64,000 bases of DNA from Gammaproteobacteria bacterium HGW-Gammaproteobacteria-11 (GCA_002840055.1 PGZJ01000004.1:111236-175235), one strand, 5' to 3'. Positions 38,282 to 48,652 are shown, numbered from the stretch's first letter. The notes: a model not told the origin generated them from the sequence alone. Numbers and translations: made by a program.

Positions 38282-38557
38282 TTATTGGCCGTTGCCAAAG
38301 TGCTCTTCAAGCTCACGAATGATGCGGTCATAAGCTTCACAGGCGCCATGATCGCTGCGCGTGGGGTCGCGCTGCTGCAGTTCGATCAGCTGCGCGTTCA
38401 TGGCCTCGGCACGCTGTGGATCGTCCTGGGCCAGTCGATTGATGGTTTCGGCGACCTGCTCGGCCTTGGCTACAGCATCATCCATGCTACAGGCGCTTGC
38501 CGGCATGGCGGCAACGACGAACAAGCTGGTGAGGAGCAGACGGGAAAGCAGTTTCAT
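38282..38557 (-). CDS. Small exported helical protein with two Cys
   Basis: AGAGG RBS; signal peptide ending ASA; C...CEAYD. Confidence 0.7.
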   Translation of the reverse strand: MKLLSRLLLTSLFVVAAMPASACSMDDAVAKAEQVAETINRLAQDDPQRAEAMNAQLIELQQRDPTRSDHGACEAYDRIIRELEEHFGNGQ

Positions 38558-38762
38558 GGTGTAACCTCTTGAATGCCCTTGGGGCTATGGGCCTGTATAT
38601 TAGTCCCATTGCACAAGGCATCCAAGTCTGATCAGGGTGACCCGTTGCCACATCCTGAGCGATGGATAAATGCCTCAGTGGTCTGGCTGTTCAGCAACTA
38701 CACTGAAACCAATTCATTCGGCTGGCGATGGCTCTTTGCCCAGCAGCTCACAAGGGGGACAG

Positions 38763-39515
38763 GTGCTGATACGCCAATCTGATTGGAAATACGCTTTGGG
38801 CATGTTGCTGCTCTTGCTCCTGAGTCCCCCTGTTTCGGCGTCAGCACAGACGCTGGTTATCGGCTTTGGCACGCACAAGCCACCCTACGTGTTTGAGCAG
38901 GAGCATCGCGGGCTTGAGGTGGAAATTGTTATTGCCGCCCTGGAGCAGGCAGGGTTGCAGGTGGAGCCTTACTACTCGCCTCTGGAACGCATGCACATGA
39001 TGCTTGAACGCCAGGAGCTGGACGGTATAACCGTAACCAGTGAGGCCAGTGGCGTCAGTGCCCATTATTCTGATGTGTATATCACCTATCAGAATGTCGC
39101 GGTGACCCTCAAGGCCCTCAATATACGCCTGAGCCGGATCAGTGACCTGAGCCAATACTCGGTTAGCGCCTTCCAGCGTGCCCGGTTGTTGCTCGGTGAC
39201 GAGTTTCGCAGTATGGCGCTGAATAACCCGCTTTACCGCGAGGAGGCCCGACAGGTAACACGCAATCTGCTGCTGTATGCCGGACGTATAGACGTGATGA
39301 TTGGTGACAGGCGGATTATTCGTGCCTTTACCGACGAGGTGGCCGACCGGGTTGACACCACTCAGGAGATCGAGATTCATCCCCTGTTTGAACCCACGGC
39401 CTACCGCATGGGTTTTGTTGATGCTGATCTGCGCGACCGGTTCAACAGCGGCTTGCAGCAGATCCGCGAGAACGGCCGATACCAGGAAATAGAAGCGCGT
39501 TATGCTGCCTACTGA
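38763..39515 (+). CDS. Orphan family-3 substrate-binding periplasmic protein
   Basis: Signal peptide; KPPYV, GLEVEIV, GRIDV, FNSGL..IR.NG.Y; start uncertain (GTG 38763 or ATG 38802). Confidence 0.8.
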   Translation: MLIRQSDWKYALGMLLLLLLSPPVSASAQTLVIGFGTHKPPYVFEQEHRGLEVEIVIAALEQAGLQVEPYYSPLERMHMMLERQELDGITVTSEASGVSAHYSDVYITYQNVAVTLKALNIRLSRISDLSQYSVSAFQRARLLLGDEFRSMALNNPLYREEARQVTRNLLLYAGRIDVMIGDRRIIRAFTDEVADRVDTTQEIEIHPLFEPTAYRMGFVDADLRDRFNSGLQQIRENGRYQEIEARYAAY

Positions 39516-39621
39516 GTGTCATGAATTGGCCGATTCAGCCCCCTGAGTGGCGTTTCCGGCACTGCTTTATCACGGTCTATTGGCTAGGCTGTCAGAACAA
39601 TAATGACAACTGGACTAGACC

Positions 39622-40932
39622 ATGCCCCTTGCCCGCCTCAGCCTTGCTGTCCTGACTGCCGCTCTGACCCTTTCTGTACATGCCCAGACCCTGCCTGCAC
39701 CGGATAGCGTGCGTCTGGACCAGTTGGCTTTGATGCAGGGTTTTCCGCCGCCCCCCGACAAGCAGGTCACGGCAGCCAATTTTCTGTCTGACTACCCGAA
39801 TCTGCGCTGGGCTTTTCATCATATGCGCGAACTGCTGCCGAGTCGTGCAGTCCTGCGTGGTACGGGACCGGTTGCCGCTCTGCCGATTGGTGATGATCGC
39901 AGACAAAACATTGACAGCCTGATCTTCCCCGGTCCGGACGGGCAGCCTGTCAGCTTTGCCGATTACCTGACCAACAGCTATGCCGATGCCACGCTGATAA
40001 TGCAGCACGGCAAGGTGATCTACGAGGCCTACCATGAAGGCATGCCAGCCGAGAACCCACACATGCTCTGGTCGGTCACCAAGTCCTTTGCCGGTTTGCT
40101 GGCGACCCAACTGATTGAGGAGGGTGTGCTGGATGCCGATGCCCTGGTGACCGATTATGTGCCTGAGTTGCAGGGCAGTGGCTGGCAGGGTGCGACCCTG
40201 CAGCAATTGCTCAACATGACAGCCGATATCGACTACAGCGAAGTCTATGCCGATGCCGAATCTGATGTGGTCAAATATGCCCTGGCGGCCGGCATGATGC
40301 CGGCTCCCGCGACCTACCCCGGGCCACGTGATCTGTATAGCTATCTGCCAAGCATCGGCGCCGATCAGGCCCATGGTGAACGTTTTATCTACCGTACCGT
40401 GCATACCGAAGTGCTGGGCTGGGTGCTGCGCAGGGCGACCGGCAAGCATGTCGCGGAGCTTATCAGCGAACGGCTATGGAGCCCGCTGGGTGCCGAACAG
40501 GATGCTTACCTGTTGCTGGATTCAAAGGGCACGGAATGGGCCGGGGCGGGCTTGAATGCGACCCTGCGCGACCTGGCGCGGTTTGGCGAAATGATGCGTT
40601 TGAAGGGCCAGTTCAATGGCCAGCAGATTGTCAGCAGTGCCGCAGTCGAGCACATTCTGCAGGGGGGTGATCGCGAGGCTTTCAGGGCCGCCGGCCGGGA
40701 TTTCCAGCCGGGTTATTCCTATCGCAACCAGTGGTGGATCAGCCACAATGCCGATGGTGCCTATGAAGCATTGGGCGTACATGGTCAGATGATTCATGTA
40801 AACCCGACTGTCGGTCTGGTGGTTGTGCGTCTGTCCTCCCATCCGCTGGCCAGCTCGGCGCACACCTTCCCGACCACCCTGCCGGCCATGCGCGCGCTGG
40901 CTGACCTGTTGCGTGAGGACGCCGCCGAGTAA
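39622..40932 (+). CDS. Exported serine hydrolase, class C beta-lactamase/NylB-like family
   Basis: Signal peptide; SVTK (SxxK); FIYRT; LRDLARFG; GVHGQ. Confidence 0.88.
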   Translation: MPLARLSLAVLTAALTLSVHAQTLPAPDSVRLDQLALMQGFPPPPDKQVTAANFLSDYPNLRWAFHHMRELLPSRAVLRGTGPVAALPIGDDRRQNIDSLIFPGPDGQPVSFADYLTNSYADATLIMQHGKVIYEAYHEGMPAENPHMLWSVTKSFAGLLATQLIEEGVLDADALVTDYVPELQGSGWQGATLQQLLNMTADIDYSEVYADAESDVVKYALAAGMMPAPATYPGPRDLYSYLPSIGADQAHGERFIYRTVHTEVLGWVLRRATGKHVAELISERLWSPLGAEQDAYLLLDSKGTEWAGAGLNATLRDLARFGEMMRLKGQFNGQQIVSSAAVEHILQGGDREAFRAAGRDFQPGYSYRNQWWISHNADGAYEALGVHGQMIHVNPTVGLVVVRLSSHPLASSAHTFPTTLPAMRALADLLREDAAE

Positions 40933-40940
40933 TCCGGTTG

Positions 40941-41174
40941 TTAATCGTCCTTGAGGTATTCAGCTGGCACATCACGCCGATGTGCCAGGCTGGTATCTCC
41001 GCTCTCGGGGTGAAAAACGATCAGCACCTGACCGGACTCGATCTGCCGCCGTAGCCGCTCCACTCGCTGCTCAAGGCTGACGTCATAACCATTGTCGGTG
41101 CCGTCGCGGGTGACAAAGTCCTCCAGCAGCGCCTGGAGGGTTTGTGGGTCGAGCAGCTCATGGGGTATCAGCAT
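40941..41174 (-). CDS. yheU: YheU family protein
   Basis: MLIP...L...TL..L.E.FVTRDGTD.G. Confidence 0.9.
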   Translation of the reverse strand: MLIPHELLDPQTLQALLEDFVTRDGTDNGYDVSLEQRVERLRRQIESGQVLIVFHPESGDTSLAHRRDVPAEYLKDD

Positions 41175-41245
41175 GTTGCCTACTTCATGGATGACAGTGC
41201 TGCTGATGATACACTGCGCAGCCTGTTCTTACTGCCTGGCCTGTC

Positions 41246-42004
41246 ATGATCAGTGATCCGTTGTTTTATCTGTGCGCCATTCCCGCTGTGCTGCTCTATG
41301 GTATTGCCAAGGGTGGTTTTGGCGGCAATATTGCCATTCTGTCCGTGCCCTTGATGGCCCTGGTGGTCGCGCCGCAGCAGGCTGCGGCGATTCTGTTGCC
41401 GATTCTGATTGTCATGGATCTGGTTGCCCTGCGTACCTTCAGAGGGCGCTGGGACAAGGTCAATCTGCGCATCATACTGCCTGCCTCATTGGTCGGTGTG
41501 GTGATTGGCGCCCTGACCTTCAGGCTGCTCAATGATGCGCATATCCAGATTCTGATTGGCGCCATTGCGTTGATCTTTACCCTGAATATCTGGCTGCGCC
41601 GTGGTGAGCCGCCAGTGCGGCCGGTCAGCCGCCTGCGAGGTGGTTTCTGGGGCATGATGGCTGGTTTTACCAGTTTCGGTATCCATGCTGGCGGGCCGCC
41701 TATCAATGTTTACCTGTTGCCGCAGAAGCTCGACAAGACCGTACTGATGGGCACCATTGCGGTGTTTTTTGCCGTGGTCAATCTGGCCAAACTGCCTGCC
41801 TATGTCTACCTCGGTCAATTCAATACCGCCAATCTGCTGACCGCCCTGGTGCTGCTGCCGCTGGCACCACTGGGGGTCAGAATGGGCTTCTGGATGTTGC
41901 AACGCAGTAACGACAGGCTGATCTATCAGCTTTGCTATGTGTTTCTCTTTGCCACCGGTTGCAAGCTTTTGTACGACGGCTTTACTGCTCTGCAGCTGAT
42001 TTGA
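41246..42004 (+). CDS. Sulfite exporter TauE/SafE family protein
   Basis: GIAKGGFGG and HAGGPP motifs; about 8 TM helices. Confidence 0.88.
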   Translation: MISDPLFYLCAIPAVLLYGIAKGGFGGNIAILSVPLMALVVAPQQAAAILLPILIVMDLVALRTFRGRWDKVNLRIILPASLVGVVIGALTFRLLNDAHIQILIGAIALIFTLNIWLRRGEPPVRPVSRLRGGFWGMMAGFTSFGIHAGGPPINVYLLPQKLDKTVLMGTIAVFFAVVNLAKLPAYVYLGQFNTANLLTALVLLPLAPLGVRMGFWMLQRSNDRLIYQLCYVFLFATGCKLLYDGFTALQLI

Positions 42005-44726
42005 GCAGCCCGGTAATCAACTCATCAAAGGCGTCGGCCTCAATCGGTTTGGCCAGAAAGCCATTCATGCCTGCGTCTGTTCCGGAGCGCATGTGGTCAT
42101 CCAGTACATGCGCCGTCAGCGCAAAAATGGGCACAGCGGGTAAATCATGTTGTTGCTCGAAGGCACGGATTCGGCGGGTTGCTTCAAAGCCGTCCATGAT
42201 CGGCATTTCACAGTCCATCAGGATCAGTTGGAAGTCCTCAGGCCTGGCGCGATAGAGTGCCAGTGCCTCGGAGCCATTCAGTGCCAGGGTGGTCTGGCAG
42301 CCATACTTCTCCAGCATGCCGCGGGCAACCAGTTGATTGACGGGATTGTCCTCAGCGAGCATCACGTGCAGGCCTGTCACATCGCCGAGCTGCAGCTTGG
42401 CCTCAGCAGAGTCAGGGGTGTGGCTGATCTGCTGCAACTCATCCAGGGTCTGACGCAGCTGAGTCGGGGTGACCGGCATGCTCAGGATGCGACAGTTCGG
42501 TGCCAGCTGGGTGGCCGCCAGCAGGTCGCGTACCCTGGCATTGCAGATGCTCAACAGCGGCTGGCCACTGGCGTGCATCAGGGCGGCGACTTGACTCAGT
42601 TCTTCGTTACCCATGCCCTGGGTGGCAATCACCAGCAATGTTGCCCTGGCGTCGACGGCCTTGCCGGTGAGCATGCCAAGGGGCTGTCGAACAACACTGA
42701 AACCCAATCGCTGCAACAACGGGCTATAACTGCTGATGGCCTGCGGGTCGTTGCCTGCCAGAATGGCCTGGCGCAGCTCCGGATGGTCAGGCTGATGCCG
42801 TGGGCTTGCGAGCAGGGGGACCCTCAGGCAGAAGCAGGAGCCGACATTGACCTCGCTCTCGACACTGACATCGCCGCCCATCAGTTTGGCCAGTTCAAGG
42901 CTGATGGTCAGGCCCAGGCCGCTGCCGCCGTAGCGTCGGGTGGTACTGCTGTCGGCCTGGGTAAAGGACTCAAAGAGTTGCTTGCGTGCTTGTGGACTGA
43001 TGCCTATGCCGGTATCGCTGATAGCCATTTGCAGGTTGAGCAGATCATCTTGGGCCGACTGCAGGCTGACATGCAGGCTGACATGACCCTGATCAGTAAA
43101 TTTGAAGGCATTGCTCAGCAGGTTCAGCAATACCTGTTTGAGCCGGGTCGGATCGCCAATCAGATAGCGCGGGACATCGCAGTCCAGACTGCAGTAAACG
43201 GCCAACTGCTTGTTCAGCGCCTCGGCGGTGAACAGGCTGCAACTGCTGGATAACAGCTCCTCAAGATCAAACTCGATCTGCTCCAGCTGCACCTGTCCCG
43301 ATTCGATACGGGCGTAGTCGAGGATATCGTTGATGACCGAGATCAGCGCCTGACCCGAGCTGTTGATGGTATCGACAAAAAAGCGCTGGGAACTGTCCAG
43401 TCGCGTGTCACGCAGCAGCTGCAGCATGCCCAATACGCCGTTCAAGGGGGTGCGTATCTCGTGGCTCATCTTGGCCAGAAAACGACCCTGAGCACGGGAC
43501 TCCAGACGTGCCTGGCGTGCCTGCTCGTCAGCCAGAAAGCGTGCTTCCTTGAGCGCATTGATGCGGTCAGCCAGGCCCAGCGAGAGGATGAAAAGCTCTA
43601 CGCAGATACCCAGCTTGACCAGGTCGGTACCGTAGGCAATGGCTGGCTCGTAGCCCAGTGAACCGGTGGTCGAGAGGATCAGCGAGCAGAGCAACAGGCC
43701 CCAGGCCAGGGTGAAGTAGGATCCGTAGCGGAAACCTCGACGCCAGACATGAATGCCCACAGACAGCAGAATCACCGAGTTGATCAGCACAAAGAGGCTG
43801 GCAAACAGGTTGTAGTTGGCCAATCCGATCAAGGGCAGGCTGAGCAGAGCCAGAGTGATGACGACCAGCATACTGCGCAGCCACAAATCAATCTGCGGAA
43901 AGCGCTCAGCCGTGTGCAGAAAATGACGGCTGAACTGGGTGGCGACTATGCAGTGCAGGTACATCAGGCTGTAGATCGAAAAAGACTGGAACAGCACATT
44001 CATCTGCAACCACTTCCACAGCAGGCCGTCGAGGGCAGCCATGAACAGCAGCATGTTCAGGTTGTAGATCAGGTACCAGAAATAGCTGGTTTCGCGCAGG
44101 GATGCATAAAGGAACAGATTGTAGGCAAACAGACCCAGTAGCACGCCATAGAATAGACCGTTGGCCAGACTACTGATTTCAAGATGCTCGGCGGCGGTAG
44201 GCCAGGTAGCAAAATACAGTGGTACAAAGAGGGTGCTACTGGTTTCGACGCGCAGGTAGAACTCACTGGTTCCGGTTGGCAGTGACAGGGGAATCCAGGG
44301 ATTTCTGACCTGCATCGGACGATCCTGCAGCAGGATATGGTCGCCACTCAGATGATGCTGCACTATGTGGCCAGCGTGCCGTTGAAACAGCTCAAGGCGA
44401 TCAAGTATCGGATAGTTGATTTCCAGTACCCCCTCGACAGCACTGTCTCGACTGTTGTTGAGGCTGAAGTACAGCCACCAGACCGATGGATTTTTACCTT
44501 GATTCACATAGGTGCCACGAACGGCTTTCCAGGCCGGATCATTCAGCTCGGGCAAGGTCGCCAGCCCAAGACTGGCATCGGGGTCTTCAAGTATCCGGAT
44601 GTGCGTGGACAGGTTGCTGCGCAGATCAGCCTGATCGATCAGCAAGGCCGAGGGGCCGTGCGCCTGGGCAGTGACTGCCGGCAGTAACAGGCAAAACAGC
44701 ATCAGCAGACATCCGGGCACACGCAT
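41982..44726 (-). CDS. Hybrid sensor kinase, 7TMR-DISM type (RetS/LadS-like architecture)
   Basis: Periplasmic DISMED2-like region, 7 TM helices, MSHEIRTPLNG, DTGIG, GGSGLGL, a degenerate REC then an intact REC (MDCEMP). Confidence 0.92.
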   Translation of the reverse strand: MRVPGCLLMLFCLLLPAVTAQAHGPSALLIDQADLRSNLSTHIRILEDPDASLGLATLPELNDPAWKAVRGTYVNQGKNPSVWWLYFSLNNSRDSAVEGVLEINYPILDRLELFQRHAGHIVQHHLSGDHILLQDRPMQVRNPWIPLSLPTGTSEFYLRVETSSTLFVPLYFATWPTAAEHLEISSLANGLFYGVLLGLFAYNLFLYASLRETSYFWYLIYNLNMLLFMAALDGLLWKWLQMNVLFQSFSIYSLMYLHCIVATQFSRHFLHTAERFPQIDLWLRSMLVVITLALLSLPLIGLANYNLFASLFVLINSVILLSVGIHVWRRGFRYGSYFTLAWGLLLCSLILSTTGSLGYEPAIAYGTDLVKLGICVELFILSLGLADRINALKEARFLADEQARQARLESRAQGRFLAKMSHEIRTPLNGVLGMLQLLRDTRLDSSQRFFVDTINSSGQALISVINDILDYARIESGQVQLEQIEFDLEELLSSSCSLFTAEALNKQLAVYCSLDCDVPRYLIGDPTRLKQVLLNLLSNAFKFTDQGHVSLHVSLQSAQDDLLNLQMAISDTGIGISPQARKQLFESFTQADSSTTRRYGGSGLGLTISLELAKLMGGDVSVESEVNVGSCFCLRVPLLASPRHQPDHPELRQAILAGNDPQAISSYSPLLQRLGFSVVRQPLGMLTGKAVDARATLLVIATQGMGNEELSQVAALMHASGQPLLSICNARVRDLLAATQLAPNCRILSMPVTPTQLRQTLDELQQISHTPDSAEAKLQLGDVTGLHVMLAEDNPVNQLVARGMLEKYGCQTTLALNGSEALALYRARPEDFQLILMDCEMPIMDGFEATRRIRAFEQQHDLPAVPIFALTAHVLDDHMRSGTDAGMNGFLAKPIEADAFDELITGLLKSAAEQ

Positions 44727-44833
44727 GGATACAGCACCTCACTGACCTGACCGCTTTTGATGATGTTGTTGGCAGGGACAATCTTGATGCTAGCACAGCA
44801 ATGGCGCCGTGTTAGTGCTTGAGTCCTGGCCGG

Positions 44834-46843
44834 TCAACTGGCGGCGGTATCAGAGCCTCGTGTCCGCTGACCGCGGACCAATTGGCGCAACAAAAATCGG
44901 CTGGGATGCACGGCTTGCACCAGTTGTCTTGGCAGGGGCAGGGGTTCGTTATTGAGCAGGGCGGCCAGCAATTCACCGCTCAGCGGGCAACTGATCAGAC
45001 CGCGGGAGCCATGGGCGCAATTGACGAACAACCCCGGATACCAGGGTGCGGGCGTGTCCAGCTGTTTTGAGGCGTCCTTGCCGAGCACAGCGTAGTCCCG
45101 GATGAAGGGCTCGTGCTGAACAACCGGACCGATCAGCGGCAGGTAATCAGGACTGGTACAGCGCAGTGCCGCCCGCGCCTTGAGCGCTGCGGGGTCCTGT
45201 TGCGACAGGGCCAGTGCCTCTGTCAGTTCGCCCGACAGGTCAGCCAGCAGGGCCAGATTGGACTGGTTCTCCTCGCCGGTCGGCTGCATATCCTGCCATT
45301 CGAAGCGAAAGCTGGCGCCCAGATGGTGCTCGCCATGCCGGGCTGGTGATACATAGCCCTCGCTGCACAGCACGGTGCGCAGGGCCTGGCTTGATTCGCT
45401 GGCGGGCAGGTGGGTGATCTGACCGCGTATGGCTTTCAGCGGCAGGTGCCGGGTCTGCTCAAAGCGTGCACTGTCGGCGGCACTGCAGACCACCACACAG
45501 GCGGCGCTGGCGATGCTTTGCCCGCGGCCATCCTGTGCGGTCCACTGACCATCGTCGTAGGTCAAAGCCAGTGCTTCATGCTGCTTCAGCAGGTGGATAT
45601 TGGGGGGCTGCAGCAGGGCATGGCACAGACTCGGCGGGTTGACCCAGCCACCACCGGCAAAGTACAGGCCGCCGCGCGAGACCTTGAGACCGGCAATGGC
45701 ACTGGCTTCGGCGGCACTGACACCACGCAGGAAATCTGTGGGATAGCCCTGTTGCGCCAGCGCCTGATAGCGCTGGGCTTCGTTGTCATCCTTGCTCAGT
45801 TGCAACACACCACAGGCTGCCCAGGTATCCTCCGACTGCGGCAGCAGCGCATGCAGTTGTCGCAGGCTGAAGGCATAGGCGCTCTGGATAAAGCGCGACA
45901 GCGGTGGCTGATGGGGTGACAGTTTGCAGTACAGAATGCCCTGGGGATTGCCCGATGCCTCCTGCGCGGGGCTGGCATGACGCTCGATCAGTTGCACTTG
46001 CCAGCCGCGCCGGGCCAGTGCCAGCGCCGTGCTACAGCCGGCCAGGCCAGCGCCGATGATCATTACTTCGCGCGTGCCCTGATGGACAGCGGGCCGGGCA
46101 TACCAGGGCGCCTGCCAGGGCAGTTCGGCTGGCGCTGTGAATAGCCCGGCCAGCATCTCGCGCTTGCGTCCATAGCCCTTGACCCGGTTCATGCTGAAGC
46201 CGGCCGCCTGCAGGCCGCGACGAACATCGCCGGCACTGGTAAAGGTCGCGACTGTGCTACCTGGCCGGGACAATCGGGCCATCTGCTGATACAGCGCCGG
46301 TTGCCACATCTGCGGATTTTTTGCCGGAGCAAAGCCGTCCAGAAACCAGGCGTCGACCCGGGCATCCAGCTCCGGCAGGGTATCGAACACATCGCCGATC
46401 AGCAGGGTCAGGGTTACCCGCCCATCGGCCAGCACAAAATGTTGCCAGCCTGTGGTCAGATCGCTGTATTGCGCGAGCAATTGTCCAGACCAGTTTGCCA
46501 GCTCCGGCCAGAGCGCCAGCGCGCGCTGCAGGTCAGTCATCCTGAGCGGGAATTTTTCACAACTGACAAAGTGCAGCCGAGCGCCAGGCGGGGCACAGTC
46601 ATCCCAGAGTTGCCAGGCGCTGAGAAAATTCAGGCCGGTACCAAAACCGGTTTCTGCGATGCAGAAGTGTGCGTCAGTGGTCAGTTGGCGCCAACGCGCA
46701 GGTAATTGATTATGCTGGAGAAATACGTGGCGGCTTTCTTCCAGTCCGGACTCGCGGGAAAAGTACAGGTCACCGAATTGGCTGGAGAAAGGTTGGCCGT
46801 CATCGGCCCATATCAGATCGGCATGGGGTGGCAAGGCTTTCAC
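44834..46843 (-). CDS. mnmC: Bifunctional tRNA mnm5s2U34 biosynthesis protein MnmC
   Basis: ETGFGTGLNF, DAWFLDGFAP.KNP, GAGLAG, ASGN.QG, GSRG. Confidence 0.96.
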   Translation of the reverse strand: MKALPPHADLIWADDGQPFSSQFGDLYFSRESGLEESRHVFLQHNQLPARWRQLTTDAHFCIAETGFGTGLNFLSAWQLWDDCAPPGARLHFVSCEKFPLRMTDLQRALALWPELANWSGQLLAQYSDLTTGWQHFVLADGRVTLTLLIGDVFDTLPELDARVDAWFLDGFAPAKNPQMWQPALYQQMARLSRPGSTVATFTSAGDVRRGLQAAGFSMNRVKGYGRKREMLAGLFTAPAELPWQAPWYARPAVHQGTREVMIIGAGLAGCSTALALARRGWQVQLIERHASPAQEASGNPQGILYCKLSPHQPPLSRFIQSAYAFSLRQLHALLPQSEDTWAACGVLQLSKDDNEAQRYQALAQQGYPTDFLRGVSAAEASAIAGLKVSRGGLYFAGGGWVNPPSLCHALLQPPNIHLLKQHEALALTYDDGQWTAQDGRGQSIASAACVVVCSAADSARFEQTRHLPLKAIRGQITHLPASESSQALRTVLCSEGYVSPARHGEHHLGASFRFEWQDMQPTGEENQSNLALLADLSGELTEALALSQQDPAALKARAALRCTSPDYLPLIGPVVQHEPFIRDYAVLGKDASKQLDTPAPWYPGLFVNCAHGSRGLISCPLSGELLAALLNNEPLPLPRQLVQAVHPSRFLLRQLVRGQRTRGSDTAAS

Positions 46844-46904
46844 GGTGACTCCGGCTGAAGGTGATGCCGGTTAGTCTACCCGTGAAAGCCGATTGAGCAG
46901 AAGA

Positions 46905-46994
46905 TCAGGGTATATTCGGGTAGATCAGCAGTAGCCAGGTAGCGATGAAAACCAGACCGAAGGTAGGCCATTGCGCCTTGAAAAGCTGTTTCAT
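46905..46994 (-). CDS. Putative 29-aa single-pass membrane micropeptide MKQLFKAQWPTFGLVFIATWLLLIYPNIP (not in the ORF track)
   Basis: AAATAAAAAGGTGATCACA-ATG initiation region; basic N-terminus then a hydrophobic helix; TGA at 46905-46907. Confidence 0.6.
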   Translation of the reverse strand: MKQLFKAQWPTFGLVFIATWLLLIYPNIP

Positions 46995-47380
46995 TGTGAT
47001 CACCTTTTTATTTTGGGCAGTTACCCTGGTAGGGTCTGCTGCGTCGGCCGAGTACTGGCCAGATCGCGTTATGTTCGGTCACCCACTGGCGGGTCAACCT
47101 TGTAGTACTGACAGATATTGTCTGTCGTCGTTCCGGTAAAACCGGCTCACCTTTTACTTTAGCCTGCCTATGCCCTGGTATTAGACCAATTGGCTACAAG
47201 CACATGACAGAAAATTGCCACTCAATCTGAGCCTGTCATCACGCTGTCACGCTTTGTTCTATTGGTTCTGCGCTGACATGTGCGCAGGTGAAAATGACCT
47301 GTGAATTGACCGATTTGGTTGTTGCCGTCGCGGCTGTCTGGGGTAGGGTAGAGGCTGGTTTTTCACCCGGAGAGTGCAGC

Positions 47381-48586
47381 ATGAGCGAGGCCCTGATTTT
47401 TGATGCCGTACGTACGCCCCGAGGCAAGGGCAAACGCGATGGCTCGCTCTACAGTGTCAAGCCGGTCAATCTCATGGCCGCAGTCTTGCGCACTCTGCAG
47501 CAACGCAATGATCTGGATACCGCCCAGGTAGACGACATAGTGCTGGGCTGCGTTACCCCGGTGGGTGATCAGGGTGCCGATATTGCCAAGACCGCCGCGC
47601 TGGTGGCCGACTGGCATGAGTCGGTGGCTGGCGTGCAGATCAACCGCTTCTGCGCCTCTGGTCTGGAGGCCGTGAATCTGGCGGCCATGAAGATACGCTC
47701 CGGCTTCGAGGAGCTGGTGGTAGCCGGTGGCGTCGAGTCCATGTCGCGGGTGCCCATGGGCTCGGATGGCGGCGCCTGGGCGCTGGATCCGCAAACCAAT
47801 ATGCATGCCCAGTTTGTACCCCAGGGGATTGGCGCCGATCTGATTGCCACCCTGGAGGGTTTCAGTCGTGCCGAGGTCGACGCCTTTGCTCTGCGCTCCC
47901 AGCAAAAAGCCGCGCAGGCCCGTGCTACCGGTGCCTTTGCCCGCAGCCTGATGCCGGTGACCGATCAGAACGGTATTGTCCTGCTGGATCAGGACGAATT
48001 TATCCGCGCCGATACCACCCTGGAGGGCCTGGCCGCGCTCAAACCGAGTTTCGCAGGCATGGGTCAGATGGGGTTTGATGCCGCCGCGCTGCGCCGCTAT
48101 CCCTGGGTTGAAGCCATTCAGCATGTACATACCCCGGGCAACAGTTCCGGCATCGTAGATGGCGCCGTGGCCATGTTGATCGGCTCCGAGGCCGCCGGTC
48201 GGGCCCAGGGCCTGACACCCCGCGCACGTATTCTGGCCACCGCAGTGACCAGCACCGATCCGACCATCATGCTCACCGGCCCGGCGCCGGCAACCCGCAA
48301 GGCGTTGCGCAAGGCCGGCCTGGAGATTGCCGATATCGACCTGTTCGAGGTCAATGAAGCCTTTGCCTCGGTGGTGATGAAATTCATGAAGGAGCTGCAG
48401 GTGCCTGAGCACAAGGTCAACGTCAACGGCGGCTCCATTGCCATGGGCCATCCGCTCGGTGCCACCGGCTGTATCATTCTTGCCACCCTGCTGGATGAAC
48501 TGGAGGCCCGCCAGTTGCGTTATGGCCTGGCGACCCTGTGTGTCGGTGGCGGTATGGGCATTGCCACCATTATCGAGCGGCTCTGA
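47381..48586 (+). CDS. Acetyl-CoA C-acyltransferase (thiolase)
   Basis: [24 protein letters not shown]. Confidence 0.95.
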   Translation: MSEALIFDAVRTPRGKGKRDGSLYSVKPVNLMAAVLRTLQQRNDLDTAQVDDIVLGCVTPVGDQGADIAKTAALVADWHESVAGVQINRFCASGLEAVNLAAMKIRSGFEELVVAGGVESMSRVPMGSDGGAWALDPQTNMHAQFVPQGIGADLIATLEGFSRAEVDAFALRSQQKAAQARATGAFARSLMPVTDQNGIVLLDQDEFIRADTTLEGLAALKPSFAGMGQMGFDAAALRRYPWVEAIQHVHTPGNSSGIVDGAVAMLIGSEAAGRAQGLTPRARILATAVTSTDPTIMLTGPAPATRKALRKAGLEIADIDLFEVNEAFASVVMKFMKELQVPEHKVNVNGGSIAMGHPLGATGCIILATLLDELEARQLRYGLATLCVGGGMGIATIIERL

Positions 48587-48652
48587 TTCCGCAGCGCTGC
48601 AACAGCTTAAGATCGACAGTCAGCCCCTTTGAATCGGGCTTCAGGAGTCAAG

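Noticed and set aside
46945-47139. 64-aa plus-strand ORF in the mnmC-thiolase spacer
   Set aside because: No RBS and no recognisable features; overlaps the better-supported minus-strand micropeptide
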